Below are positions 18,889 through 29,111 of a DNA stretch of 64,000 nucleotides, piece after piece. A model generated the notes under the pieces. The model was not told the origin of the DNA. It saw nothing but the letters and a program-made list of their open reading frames with translations, and ran no database searches. The position numbers were made by a program, and so were the translations under genes. The DNA is from Thermoanaerobaculia bacterium (GTDB lineage: Bacteria; Acidobacteriota; Thermoanaerobaculia; Multivoradales; J023): assembly GCA_030431255.1 (NCBI GenBank), contig JAUIJL010000034.1, positions 5,909 through 69,908 on the forward strand, written 5' to 3'. The number at the start of each line of letters is the position of its first letter. Position 1 is the first letter of the stretch.

Positions 18889-21206
18889 CTAGGCCAATCG
18901 TAAACAGGCCAAGCTCTTTCCGGCTTTCCCGCGAGGGAAGTCTCTTTTTTTCCGCTCTTCCCGCTTCTTTCGCTGCGCTGCTTTTATGGTTCGGGTTCTT
19001 CGGCGTCGTGTCGGCCGGGGTCGTGCGAGCGCAGGAACCCACAGGGGAGGAGACCACTGCTTCTCCGGCTCCGACCGAAATCGAAGCCCTGCCGGCGGTG
19101 GTCAAGCTACGCACCGCGGCCCTTTTGCTCAGCGATCAACAGGGGGGTGAGCTGGCCATGGTCAGCTCCGTGGTCCGCAGACCCGGTGACAAGAAGTCCG
19201 TGGACGCCTTGCTGACGGTGGAAATCGACGACAGCTCCCTGCGGCAAGCGTTGCCCGAAGGCGGGGCGGTTGAGGGATTCGTTTACCTGGTCGACCGGCG
19301 GCTGGAAATTTTCGATTCCGTGAGCGTGGCATGGACGCTACCCGGGCCGCCGGACCGGCCTGGGGTCGAAAAGCCCGGGGGGATTGAGCCCACGGTGCCG
19401 AGCGATGGCTCAGAAGCCTCCGCTGCGGGAGCCCCCGCACCCTCCCCGGAAGCGGAGCCGACCACAGGTCCTGAAGATCCGATGGCGGATGGCTCCACAG
19501 AAGAGGCGAGCCCCGAGGTCCAATTCGCGGATTCAGAAAGTGAAGACTCGGCATCCAAAGACCTGGGCACCGGATTGGATCCCATTCGATTCACCGCGGT
19601 GTTCCCGGCGCCGGCCGCCGGTGACTATGTGTTCAGGATTCTGTTCCGGGCGGGGGAGCATTTCGGCTTGCGATCGGTGCCCCTTTCAATTCCCGCGGCC
19701 AACGATTCGGTGGCCTCGATGTTGGAGCCGATCTTGGAGGTCCCGCCACCGGAAAACGATCGATGGCTCCGGGTATCCCCCGCGGGCCGTGGTACGACCG
19801 CGGATCACCTGCAACCCGGTCTCTCCATCTTGCGTCCGGGCACCCAAGTTCCACTGACCTTTGCTCGATCCTCCAAGTCGGACGTCGGCGAGGTGCGCTT
19901 GGAGCTCGCGCGAGACGGCGAGGCCCGCGTGGTGCCGGTCACGGGCTCGCGCTCCGCCAATGGGCTCTTCCATGGCCAGGTGGACCTTCCCGCGGACCTG
20001 GAAGTCGGCCAATACCAGCTTCGGCTCCTGGCGGACAGCGCTCGACCGTCTCTCACCACCGATGTCCTGGTGCTCGATGATTCGCTGCCTGCGATTCGTT
20101 GGACGGAGCTCGATCGCCTGGCCTCCCACGAGACCACCTTCTCCGGCGAGGCATTGCGCATGCCCGCCAGCGAGCGTCAGCGGGTGATCGCCACCCGCCG
20201 TGAGCTCTTCCAAGTGGTGGTGGATATGGAAGAAGGCGTGGAGACGGCCCTGGCCCGATTCCGGGCCCTTGAGCAATCCCTCGACGAGCAGCTGGGCACT
20301 GACACCATTCCCTTCCTGGAGACCCAGCTCTCCAAGGTGGTCACCCGACTGATGCGCAAAACCCGCAAGCAGCCGGAGCTGACCATGGGGCTCGCTTGGT
20401 TGTTTATGGAGCACGCCGAGCAGCATCGAAGGGGCGGCAGCTACCGGTTCTCCCGCTTGGGCCAGGATATGTCACTCGAAATCCTGCGGAAGCTCGGTGA
20501 GGACTCGAAGAGCAAGACCCTGGCGGCCGAGGCCATGGCGATCTTAGGCGGCTGGTTACAACGACAACGGTTCCTAGATCCTGCGGAAGCGGTCTTGAAG
20601 GAAGCCCTGGCGCTCGAGCCCGAGGCCCCCTATGCCCTGTCGTCTCTGGCGGCGATTTACGAACGCTACGACCGGGTCAAAGACGCGGCAGAGGTTCTGG
20701 AAAAGTTGGTGGAGGTGGAGCCGGATCGTCCCCTCGCTCGGGTGCGGTTGGCCGTCGCCCTGCATCGATTGGGCGAGCTCGAGCGAGCGAGCAAAGAGCT
20801 CGATCGGGTCCTCCAGGCGGCGCAACCGTCCGGAGCCGGCGAGCCGGCGAGCACACCCTGGTGGCTAGCGTTGGCCCATCAAGAAAAGGTCCGGCTTGCC
20901 GTGGATCGCGGGCAGATCCAACAGGCCCAACAAGCTTTAAACGAGGGCTTGAAAGTATTGCCCGAGGATCCGGTCCTACGCTTCGCGCAGCCCTGGCTGC
21001 TGTCGCTCAAAGGCCAACCGGACTCCGCACGACAAGGCCTCTTGGAGCTGGCCTCGTCACCGGACGGCGAGAATGCGCGGAATCGTTTCCACGCTTGGCC
21101 GCGAGCCCATTTGGATGCCTTGTCACGGAAAATGAGACAAACGACCCGAGCGGCGAGCCCCGAGCTGGCGGCCCTTGCCCGCACTGCTTTGGAGAAGACC
21201 CAATGA
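18885..21206 (+). CDS. Exported protein with N-terminal beta domains and C-terminal TPR repeats
   Basis: Signal/TM segment; acidic Pro-rich linker; TPR-like ALALEP, LVEVEP and GLKVLP turns; 4-bp overlap with the upstream gene. Confidence 0.75.
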   Translation: MTRPIVNRPSSFRLSREGSLFFSALPASFAALLLWFGFFGVVSAGVVRAQEPTGEETTASPAPTEIEALPAVVKLRTAALLLSDQQGGELAMVSSVVRRPGDKKSVDALLTVEIDDSSLRQALPEGGAVEGFVYLVDRRLEIFDSVSVAWTLPGPPDRPGVEKPGGIEPTVPSDGSEASAAGAPAPSPEAEPTTGPEDPMADGSTEEASPEVQFADSESEDSASKDLGTGLDPIRFTAVFPAPAAGDYVFRILFRAGEHFGLRSVPLSIPAANDSVASMLEPILEVPPPENDRWLRVSPAGRGTTADHLQPGLSILRPGTQVPLTFARSSKSDVGEVRLELARDGEARVVPVTGSRSANGLFHGQVDLPADLEVGQYQLRLLADSARPSLTTDVLVLDDSLPAIRWTELDRLASHETTFSGEALRMPASERQRVIATRRELFQVVVDMEEGVETALARFRALEQSLDEQLGTDTIPFLETQLSKVVTRLMRKTRKQPELTMGLAWLFMEHAEQHRRGGSYRFSRLGQDMSLEILRKLGEDSKSKTLAAEAMAILGGWLQRQRFLDPAEAVLKEALALEPEAPYALSSLAAIYERYDRVKDAAEVLEKLVEVEPDRPLARVRLAVALHRLGELERASKELDRVLQAAQPSGAGEPASTPWWLALAHQEKVRLAVDRGQIQQAQQALNEGLKVLPEDPVLRFAQPWLLSLKGQPDSARQGLLELASSPDGENARNRFHAWPRAHLDALSRKMRQTTRAASPELAALARTALEKTQ

Positions 21207-22453
21207 GCCCCCAACGCTTCGGCTTGCTCGCAGGCCGCACACGTGACGCCTCGGTGGTCAGGAAACCGTCCGCCGGCACATGGGTTCGGGTCGCTGTGGT
21301 TTTGGCGTGGCTGCTGACCGCTTCGGGCTTGATCGCGGCCGACGACATGATGGTCACAGTGCTGAAACCAGAACCCGGACAGCTGCTCTTCGGCGAGGTG
21401 GAAATCAGCGTCGATATCTTCGAAATCGAAGGCGACCCGTTGAGCACCGTGGATTTCTTCGTCGACGATCAATTCATCGATCGCTTGCGATCCGCGCCGT
21501 GGTCCACCCGCCATGACGTGGGAGATAAGCCGATTCCCCACCGCTTCGAGGTGGTGGCCACCACCGAGAGCGGTAAGACCGCCTCCGCGGTGCTGGTCAG
21601 CAAGGGTGTGCGTGTGGACCTGGAGGTCGAGTCCGCGCTCCAGCAGCTTTACATCACCGTCGAGCGCAATGGTCAGCGGGTGAAGGACCTGACCCGAGAC
21701 CAATTCCGGGTCTTGGACGACGAGGAAGAGCAGCAGATCGTGACCTTCGAAGGCGGCGACGTGCCGATCACCGCCCTGATCATGGTCGATGCCAGCGACA
21801 GCATGCGCGGCTCCCGGTTGCGGTCCGCCCTGGCCGGCGCGTCGGCCTTCGTCGACGGCATGCACGCGTTGGATCAAGCTCAGCTGTTGCTCTTCTCCGA
21901 TCGCATCGTGCACCAAACCCCGTTCACCAATTTTCCCGAGGTGCTCAAAGCAGGGCTCTCGGGGGTCAAGGCCGACGGTGGCACCTCCTTGGACGATCAC
22001 CTCTACGTGGCCATGGAACGCCTCGAAGCCCATCAGGGACGGCGGGTGATCATCCTCTTGTCGGACGGGATCGACGTCTCCAGCCTGCTGCGCATGCAAG
22101 ACGTGGAGCGCAGCGCCCGGCGCAGCCAAGCGCTGATCTATTGGATCCGTCCGGGCACCCTAGCGCCCGGGGGCCGTTTGTACTCGGCGTGGCGCGGAGA
22201 CAAAGAGCACCGCCAAGAGCTCGATATGTTGGAGACCATGGTGACCCGGAGCGGCGGTCGGATCGTCGGCGTGCGCACGGTCAAGGAAGCCCGACCGGCG
22301 TTCGAGAAGATTCTGCAAGAGCTGCGAGAGCAATACGTCATCGGCTACTACCCGACCGTGGATCGCGGCGACGGATCTTGGCACGAGGTAGAGGTCAAGA
22401 CCCGTCAACGGGGTCTGGACATCCGGGCTCGAGAAGGCTACCTCGATGAATAG
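21203..22453 (+). CDS. Exported Ig-like + VWA-domain protein with intact MIDAS
   Basis: ATGA overlap with the TPR gene supports start 21203; VDFFVDD...APW Ig-like domain; DASDS, GGTSLDD, LLSDG, QYVIGYYP. Confidence 0.85.
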   Translation: MSPQRFGLLAGRTRDASVVRKPSAGTWVRVAVVLAWLLTASGLIAADDMMVTVLKPEPGQLLFGEVEISVDIFEIEGDPLSTVDFFVDDQFIDRLRSAPWSTRHDVGDKPIPHRFEVVATTESGKTASAVLVSKGVRVDLEVESALQQLYITVERNGQRVKDLTRDQFRVLDDEEEQQIVTFEGGDVPITALIMVDASDSMRGSRLRSALAGASAFVDGMHALDQAQLLLFSDRIVHQTPFTNFPEVLKAGLSGVKADGGTSLDDHLYVAMERLEAHQGRRVIILLSDGIDVSSLLRMQDVERSARRSQALIYWIRPGTLAPGGRLYSAWRGDKEHRQELDMLETMVTRSGGRIVGVRTVKEARPAFEKILQELREQYVIGYYPTVDRGDGSWHEVEVKTRQRGLDIRAREGYLDE

Positions 22454-22551
22454 GGGTGAGGGCGACGGTCGAGCTGTAAGAACCCTGTAAACCTCTCGAC
22501 AGCCGGCAACCCCTGGATGGGGGCCGCGTATCATGGAAAGACTCAGCTGCC

Positions 22552-22583
22552 TCAGTGGAGCTCGAATCCACTGACTTCTTTTT
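22552..22583 (+). terminator. Intrinsic terminator-like hairpin
   Basis: TCAGTGGA-gctcgaa-TCCACTGA followed by CTTCTTTTT. Confidence 0.55.
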
Positions 22584-22667
22584 CGCGAACGAATTTGTCG
22601 CGAACGCTTTCTGTGAGAGCGCCTTCAAGTGCTCGGGACCTCAGGCCTCGAACGGCCAGGAATGCTT

Positions 22668-23834
22668 ATGCTGTTACGAAAACTTGCCCTTCTTTTGGTG
22701 CTCTTGCTCACCTCCGCCTGTGGCGGCGGTGGCGAGGCCGACCCCGACCCCGCCTCGCTGATCCGGTCTTCGACGGATTCCGAGCCTCGCCCGGCCTCGA
22801 ACGGCAACCCCCAAGGGGCGTCCGGCTCCCGGGGATCGTCCGCCTCGACCTCAGGGGAGCCCGCGGCGACAGAGAGCTCGTCGTTGCCGGTTCGGGTGTA
22901 CCGGGTCAGCGGCCGAGTCGTCGACGATGCCATTTCCACCACCGGCGAGCTGCGGGCCAATGAGGAAGTGGATCTGCGAGCCGAGGAGGAAGGACGCATC
23001 GTGGACCTGCGGTTTGAGGAAGGTCAAGCCGTGCGCAAGGGTGAGCTGTTGGTGAAAATCAACGACGCGGATTTGGTCGCGGAGAAACGCCGCCTAGAGG
23101 TGCAAAGGGATCTGGCCCAGCGTCGGGAGCAGCGGTCGAGGGCCCTGCTGGAAGAGCAGACTCTGAGCCAGGACGTTTACGAAGAGGCCCGAGGCCGTTT
23201 ACAGGTCTTGGAAGCCCAGCTCGAGCAGGTGGCGGCTGAGATCGACAAAACCGAGATTCGGGCGCCGTTCGCGGGCGTCGTCGGCCTACGCCAGGTGTCG
23301 AAGGGCAGCCTGATCAACTCCTCGACCACCATCGCCCGATTGCAGAACCTGGATCCGATCAAATTGGATTTCTCGGTGCCGGAGAAATACGCCGGTGAGC
23401 TGGGCGCCGGCGACACGGTGACCTTCACTGTCAGCGGTAGCGATCGGACCTTTGAGGGCAAGGTGTACGCCGTGGAGCCGCGCATCGATCCCAACACCCG
23501 CACGGTGCAAGTGCGGGCGCGGGCCGCCAACAAGGAATTTGCGCTCTTTCCCGGAGCGTTCGCCAAAGTGCGGGTGGTGCTGAATCGCCAAGACGGCGCT
23601 TTGATGGTGCCCTCCATCGCCTTGATCCCCGGCGCCCAAAGCACCAGCGTGTACGTGGCGAAGGACGGCAAAGCCGAGCGCCGTTCGGTGGACGTGGGCA
23701 AGCGGACCGAGGATCGAGTGCAGATCCTGAGCGGTCTCGAAGAAGGCGACAGAGTGATCGTCTCCGGGATTCAGCAAATGCGCCCGGATCTCGACATCGA
23801 GGTGCTCGAGGCGGCCGAGGAGCCCGCCCCATGA
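22668..23834 (+). CDS. RND efflux periplasmic adaptor (MFP), lipoprotein
   Basis: Lipobox TSAC; EGQAVRKGELL, IRAPFAGVVG, FPGAF and SGLEEGDRVIVSG. Confidence 0.92.
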   Translation: MLLRKLALLLVLLLTSACGGGGEADPDPASLIRSSTDSEPRPASNGNPQGASGSRGSSASTSGEPAATESSSLPVRVYRVSGRVVDDAISTTGELRANEEVDLRAEEEGRIVDLRFEEGQAVRKGELLVKINDADLVAEKRRLEVQRDLAQRREQRSRALLEEQTLSQDVYEEARGRLQVLEAQLEQVAAEIDKTEIRAPFAGVVGLRQVSKGSLINSSTTIARLQNLDPIKLDFSVPEKYAGELGAGDTVTFTVSGSDRTFEGKVYAVEPRIDPNTRTVQVRARAANKEFALFPGAFAKVRVVLNRQDGALMVPSIALIPGAQSTSVYVAKDGKAERRSVDVGKRTEDRVQILSGLEEGDRVIVSGIQQMRPDLDIEVLEAAEEPAP

Positions 23835-26800
23835 CCCTCTACACCCTGAGCATTCGACGGCCGGTGCTGGCGATCGTCATGTCGCTGGTGATTCTGATTT
23901 TCGGTGCCATCTCCTTCAAAGAGCTGGGCATCCGCGAGTATCCCTCGGTGGAGCCGCCGGTGATCACCGTCAGCACCAATTACACCGGCGCCAACGCGGA
24001 TGTCATCGAGTCGCAGATCACCCAGGTGCTCGAGGAGAAGATCAACTCGGTGCCGGGATTGGAGACCCTCACCTCCACCAGCCGCGAAGGCCGCTCGACC
24101 ATCACCGCCGAGTTCAGCCTGGGAGTGGACCTGGAGACCGCCGCCAACGACGTGCGCGACAAGGTCAGCCAAGGGGTTCGCGAGCTGCCGCCGGAGGTGG
24201 ATCCACCGTCGGTCTCCAAAGCCGACGCCGATCGCGTGCCGGTGGTGTTCTTGAACGTCAAAGGCCTCGAGGTGGACGGCAAAGCCCGCAGCCTGCTGGA
24301 GCTCACCGATTTCGCCGACAATGTGCTCAAGGAGCGTTTGCAGACCATTCCCGGAGTCGCCGAGGTGGATATCTGGGGCTCTAAACGCTATGCCATGCGT
24401 CTGTGGCTCGATCCCAATCGCTTGGCCGCATACGGGCTCACGCCGGTGGACGTGCGCACGGTGTTGCAGCGGGAGAACGTGGAGCTGCCGGCCGGCCGGA
24501 TCGAAGGGGTCGACGTCGAGCTGACTGTGCGGACCAAGAGCCGTCTGCACACGGTGCAGGATTTCGAGGATTTGGTGCTCAAACAGGACGAGGGGCGGGT
24601 GGTGCGGCTTTCGGACGTCGGATACGCCGAGCTGGCGCCCGAGAACCTTCGCACCCTCTTGCGGCGCGACGGCATTCCCATGGTCGGAGTGGTGTTGCGG
24701 CCGCAGCCGGGTGCCAATCAAATCGAGATCGTCGACGAGTTCTATCGCCGGGTCGCTCAGGTCAAAGAAGAGCTGCCGAATGACCTGGAGCTGGGCATCG
24801 GCTTCGACATCAGCCAATACATCCGCCAATCCGTCCGAGAGGTCAAGCAGACTTTCTTCATTGCTCTGTCCCTAGTGGTGGCGATCATCTTCCTTTTCTT
24901 GCGGGATTGGCGCACCACCTTGATTCCGGTGCTGGTGATTCCAGTCTCTTTGATCGGCGTGTTCTTGATCATGAACCTGGCCGGGTTCTCGATCAACGTG
25001 TTGACCATGTTGGGCATGGTGTTGGCCATCGGCTTGGTGGTCGACGACGCGATTGTGGTCCTGGAGAATATCTACGCCAAGATCGAGCAGGGCGAGCAGC
25101 CCATGGCCGCCGGTGTCGAGGGCACCCGCGAGATTTTCTTCGCGGTCATCGCCACCACCCTGGCTTTGGTGGCAGTCTTTCTGCCGATTCTCTTCTTGGG
25201 CGGGCTCACCGGGCAGTTGTTCCGCGAATTCGGCGTGACCATCGCCGGAGCGGTGGTGATCTCATCGTTCGCCGCCCTCACGTTGACCCCCATGTTGTGC
25301 ACCCGGCTGCTCAAAAAACGTCAACGCCAACCGTGGATTTATCGCGTCACCGAGCCCTTTTTCCAAGGTCTGACCAGCGCTTACCGCAAGACCCTAAAGG
25401 GCTTCATGGGTGTGCGCTGGTTGGCGCTTCCGATCCTGTTGGTGTCGTTCGCCCTCTCCTGGTGGATCGGCACGGGTCTGCCGTCGGAGCTGGCGCCGAT
25501 GGAGGACCGCGGCTCGATTCGCATCATGTCCACGGCGCCGGAGGGTGCGTCGTACGAGTACATGGACGAGTACATCCAAGACGTGGTCCAGGTGTTGAAG
25601 GAGAAGGTGCCCGAATCGGTGGGTGTGATCGCCGTGACCTCACCCGGCTTCGGCGCCTCGTCGAGCGTCAACTCGGGATTTGTACGGGTCAAGCTCACGG
25701 ACGCCTCCGAGCGAGATCGCTCCCAAAGTGAGATCGCGTCCGCGATCACCGCTGAGCTGAGCGCCAAAACCGGTGCCCGCTCCTTCGTCACCCAACAGCC
25801 GACCATCGGCCGTGGACGTCGCGGCCAGCCCGTTCAATACGTCATCCAAGCCCCGAGCTTCGAGCGTCTGCGGGAGATCCTGCCGGAATTCCTCTCCCAA
25901 GCCCGCGCCGACGAGACGTTCTCGGTGGTCACCGTCGATCTCAAATTCAACAAACCGGAGCTTGTGATCGACATCGATCGAGATCGTGCCCGGGATCTCG
26001 GGGTCTCGGCCCTGGATATCGGTCAGACCCTGTCGGCGGCGTTGTCGGGTCAACGTTTCGGATACTTCTTGAAGGACGGCAAGCAATATCAGGTCATCGG
26101 TCAGCTCTTGCGTGAGAATCGCGACGAGCCCTTGGATTTGGCGTCCCTGCATGTCAAAGGCGGCGACGGCCGTCTCGTGCAGCTCGACAACCTGGTGACC
26201 CTGCGGGAAACCGCCAGCCCGCCGCAGATCTATCGTTTCAACCGCTACGTGTCGGCCACGGTATCCGCCTCGTTGGCGGACGGTCACACCATCGGTGAAG
26301 GCATTGCGGCCATGGATCGGGTGCGCGATCAAGTGCTCGACGACACCTTCCAAACCGCCCTGGCCGGTGAGTCCAAGGATTTCGTGGAATCGGCGTCGAG
26401 CCTGGGTTTCGTCTTCCTGTTGGCCGTGCTGCTGATCTACTTGGTGCTGGCGGCCCAATTCGAAAGCTTCCGCGACCCCTTCATCATCATGCTCACCGTG
26501 CCCCTGGCACTGGCCGGCGGATTTCTCGCCCTCAGCATGACCGGGCAGACCTTCAACATCTTCAGCCAAATCGGCCTGATCATGTTGTTGGGTTTGGTGA
26601 CCAAAAACGGCATCTTGATCGTGGAATTCGCCAATCAACGACGCCTGCGGGGCGATGACATCCTCGAAGCCGCCCAACACGCCGCCGTGGCCCGGTTCCG
26701 ACCCGTGCTGATGACCAGCATGTCGACCATGTTGGGCATCCTGCCGATCGCCCTGGCCCTCGGTGCCGGCTCCGAAAGCCGCCAGTCCATGGGCATCGCG

Positions 26801-26956
26801 GTGATCGGCGGCCTGCTGATGGGCAGCCTGCTGACCCTCTACGTGGTGCCGGCCATGTACACCTACCTGGCGAGCCGCGAGGTCCGCTCCGTGGAGGTGG
26901 AAGAGCTGCAACCCGTTTCCGATGGCCTGGCGGGAGGTCTGCCGGAAACTGCTTGA
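23831..26956 (+). CDS. RND efflux permease (AcrB/AcrD/AcrF family)
   Basis: 1041 aa; IRRPVLA, GLVVDDAIVVLEN, KNGILIVEF and RFRPVLMT. No outer-membrane factor gene next to it. Confidence 0.95.
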   Translation: MTLYTLSIRRPVLAIVMSLVILIFGAISFKELGIREYPSVEPPVITVSTNYTGANADVIESQITQVLEEKINSVPGLETLTSTSREGRSTITAEFSLGVDLETAANDVRDKVSQGVRELPPEVDPPSVSKADADRVPVVFLNVKGLEVDGKARSLLELTDFADNVLKERLQTIPGVAEVDIWGSKRYAMRLWLDPNRLAAYGLTPVDVRTVLQRENVELPAGRIEGVDVELTVRTKSRLHTVQDFEDLVLKQDEGRVVRLSDVGYAELAPENLRTLLRRDGIPMVGVVLRPQPGANQIEIVDEFYRRVAQVKEELPNDLELGIGFDISQYIRQSVREVKQTFFIALSLVVAIIFLFLRDWRTTLIPVLVIPVSLIGVFLIMNLAGFSINVLTMLGMVLAIGLVVDDAIVVLENIYAKIEQGEQPMAAGVEGTREIFFAVIATTLALVAVFLPILFLGGLTGQLFREFGVTIAGAVVISSFAALTLTPMLCTRLLKKRQRQPWIYRVTEPFFQGLTSAYRKTLKGFMGVRWLALPILLVSFALSWWIGTGLPSELAPMEDRGSIRIMSTAPEGASYEYMDEYIQDVVQVLKEKVPESVGVIAVTSPGFGASSSVNSGFVRVKLTDASERDRSQSEIASAITAELSAKTGARSFVTQQPTIGRGRRGQPVQYVIQAPSFERLREILPEFLSQARADETFSVVTVDLKFNKPELVIDIDRDRARDLGVSALDIGQTLSAALSGQRFGYFLKDGKQYQVIGQLLRENRDEPLDLASLHVKGGDGRLVQLDNLVTLRETASPPQIYRFNRYVSATVSASLADGHTIGEGIAAMDRVRDQVLDDTFQTALAGESKDFVESASSLGFVFLLAVLLIYLVLAAQFESFRDPFIIMLTVPLALAGGFLALSMTGQTFNIFSQIGLIMLLGLVTKNGILIVEFANQRRLRGDDILEAAQHAAVARFRPVLMTSMSTMLGILPIALALGAGSESRQSMGIAVIGGLLMGSLLTLYVVPAMYTYLASREVRSVEVEELQPVSDGLAGGLPETA

Positions 26957-26978
26957 TCGGCTGTGCCTTCGGAGTGAA

Positions 26979-27611
26979 TCAAGCCGGCTCCGCCAACCAC
27001 GACTCTACGGCCACCCGGGTGTCCTGCTCGAAACGGCGAAAGGCCGAAAGTCTCCGCAAGGGCCGGAAGTCGCGGATCAGCTGGCTGACCCGTCGGCGGT
27101 GAAACGCCAGTTTCTTCTTGAATCTGTGATGACGACGGCCTTGGGAGTCGTTGGCCGCCAATAGGCACTGATCGAGGACGTCCTTGGGGTTGGGTAGGCT
27201 GTCCAGCTTCGCGATGCTGGGCAGGGATAGATTCCGCCGGCCATACGGATTATCGGCGGCCATACGGATCGCATCTTCGTCGATCAGTAACCAAGCTTCG
27301 GTCATTCTTACAGGGATAATCGGCACCGTCGGAGGAAGCTCGGGAGCTTCGGCGGCAGCTTTTTTGATCTCGTCAAGCCGTTGTTCGAATGGTTCTCGCT
27401 CAGCGTCACGATGAACAAAAAATAGATCACTGGGAAACTCTTGCTGTGCCCTTCGGAATCGCTCGCCCAAGTCCGTATGGGAGACGAAACTCGGTTCAAG
27501 ATGGGAGTCGGGGGGCAGGATTCCGGCGAGCGTCCATGTGATGATCGGCTGTAGGCTTTCGTCACTGGTCCCGTCGCCGAGCAAGGTCCAACGCAAAGCT
27601 CTATGACTCAT
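26979..27611 (-). CDS. DUF4276-like / TOPRIM-like putative nuclease
   Basis: LLGDGTSD, FVHRDAE, PVRMTEAWLL and NPK motifs; directly downstream of an ABC-type ATPase. Confidence 0.6.
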   Translation of the reverse strand: MSHRALRWTLLGDGTSDESLQPIITWTLAGILPPDSHLEPSFVSHTDLGERFRRAQQEFPSDLFFVHRDAEREPFEQRLDEIKKAAAEAPELPPTVPIIPVRMTEAWLLIDEDAIRMAADNPYGRRNLSLPSIAKLDSLPNPKDVLDQCLLAANDSQGRRHHRFKKKLAFHRRRVSQLIRDFRPLRRLSAFRRFEQDTRVAVESWLAEPA

Positions 27612-27623
27612 CGGAGGGCCGGC

Positions 27624-29024
27624 TCATTCGGTGGGAAAGGGCAACCCGAGCTGTTGGGGCAGATTTCCGCTCATCTTGAAGTAAGGGTGGAGATGACCGA
27701 GGCTCAGCCTGGAGGCCTCGCCCGCGGCTTTGCCGCGCCAGGAATTCGTCGGCACGAGGTATTCGGCGAAGCGCCCCAGGGTATATCCATCTTCGCTATT
27801 TTGGCCCGAAGAACGAAGGCGACGGGAGACGAAGACCAGATCATCAGGATCGATTTGGTCGACGACTTTCGGCGAGTGGGTATTGACCATCACTTGGCGC
27901 AACGGATTGTCTTCTCCGATGGGGAAATCGGGGTCACAAGCGATCTCACGCAGGAGATCGAGCATCGCCGGGATTCGGCTGGGGTGGATGCCGTTTTCCG
28001 GCTCCTCCAAACAAATCAAACCTTGGGCATCGGGATCTTCCAGCAGGGTCGCCAGGGCGACGAAGCGGAGGGTACCGTCGGAGAGGGCTCGCGCGGGCCG
28101 GAACACCCCGTCGTCTCCCAAGATTTCCAGGGTCAGGGTCTCGGTGCGCTCGTCGTCTACTACCCGCAGCTCGCGGACGTCGTCGATCAGCTCTGCTAGA
28201 CGATTGGCGAGCCGAGCATAGGTTCGACCCTCCTGTTTTTCTTGTTTCCGCAGTCGCTCGAGGGTCGACGGCAAGTGAGCGCCCCGTTCGTCGAGCTCTT
28301 GGGGATCAGCGTAATAGGACGGCGCCCGCATGGCAGACGGCTCGAGCAAGAGGGTGCGCCAGGATTCCATCTCCCGGTGGACCGCGAGCAGGGTGGGGTA
28401 GTCGCTCAGGGCCAAAGCTCCGAGCACCGTGCGCGAGGATTTGGGCGCGGCCACCCGGCGGCCGCCGTGACCTTCCTGATGGACTTGGATTTGCGGCGAG
28501 CCGTTCTCCATTGAGGTGGAGATGAAGGGCGCAGTCCTGCGGCCTTGGATCACCGACTGCTGAAAATCGGTCGAGGTCTCGAAGCCGATGCTGCGCCGCG
28601 CTTCTTTCTGCGTGATCGGGACCAAGCTCTCCTCGATCAGAACCAAACGTTCCGGGGTTTCATCACGGGTCCGCTCGAAGGCGACCGTGTAGCGGACCGA
28701 AGAAGTAGCGGCTTCCGCCAGAGTGCCGAAATCGTCTTCCACCTGCCTTCGCACCAGCAGATCGGCGACGATGCGGATCTCCGGGGCCTCATAGTCGCCG
28801 ACCGACGAAAAGAGGCTGCGCGCGTCCACTCGGCCTCGGGTTTCTCGAAGGCCTTTGACCGCTTCCATGATCGGGTGTTGGGTCAAGAGATGTAGAAAGC
28901 GGATGACGTCGAATAGATTCGACTTGCCGGCGGCGTTGAGGCCGGCAATACACGTGAACGGGCCGAATCGAACGTCGACGTCGAGCAGGTTCTTGAAACC
29001 CTGGATTCGGATCCTGGTGAGCAT
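27624..29024 (-). CDS. ABC/SMC-like (AAA_21-type) ATPase
   Basis: Walker A GLNAAGKSN, signature LSDGT, Walker B/D-loop LEEPENGIHP, H-loop THSP. Confidence 0.88.
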   Translation of the reverse strand: MLTRIRIQGFKNLLDVDVRFGPFTCIAGLNAAGKSNLFDVIRFLHLLTQHPIMEAVKGLRETRGRVDARSLFSSVGDYEAPEIRIVADLLVRRQVEDDFGTLAEAATSSVRYTVAFERTRDETPERLVLIEESLVPITQKEARRSIGFETSTDFQQSVIQGRRTAPFISTSMENGSPQIQVHQEGHGGRRVAAPKSSRTVLGALALSDYPTLLAVHREMESWRTLLLEPSAMRAPSYYADPQELDERGAHLPSTLERLRKQEKQEGRTYARLANRLAELIDDVRELRVVDDERTETLTLEILGDDGVFRPARALSDGTLRFVALATLLEDPDAQGLICLEEPENGIHPSRIPAMLDLLREIACDPDFPIGEDNPLRQVMVNTHSPKVVDQIDPDDLVFVSRRLRSSGQNSEDGYTLGRFAEYLVPTNSWRGKAAGEASRLSLGHLHPYFKMSGNLPQQLGLPFPTE

Positions 29025-29111
29025 GGGGGAATCCTATCAAGGGTGAGACCATGAAGCTCGGTAGCCGCCCACCCTGTAGCTCCGTCGCTGAGGACGGCGT
29101 ATGCTACGCCC

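Noticed and set aside
20861-21202. N-terminal extension of the Ig-VWA ORF given in the track
   Set aside because: It overlaps the TPR gene; the ATGA junction at 21203 and the following signal peptide give a better start.
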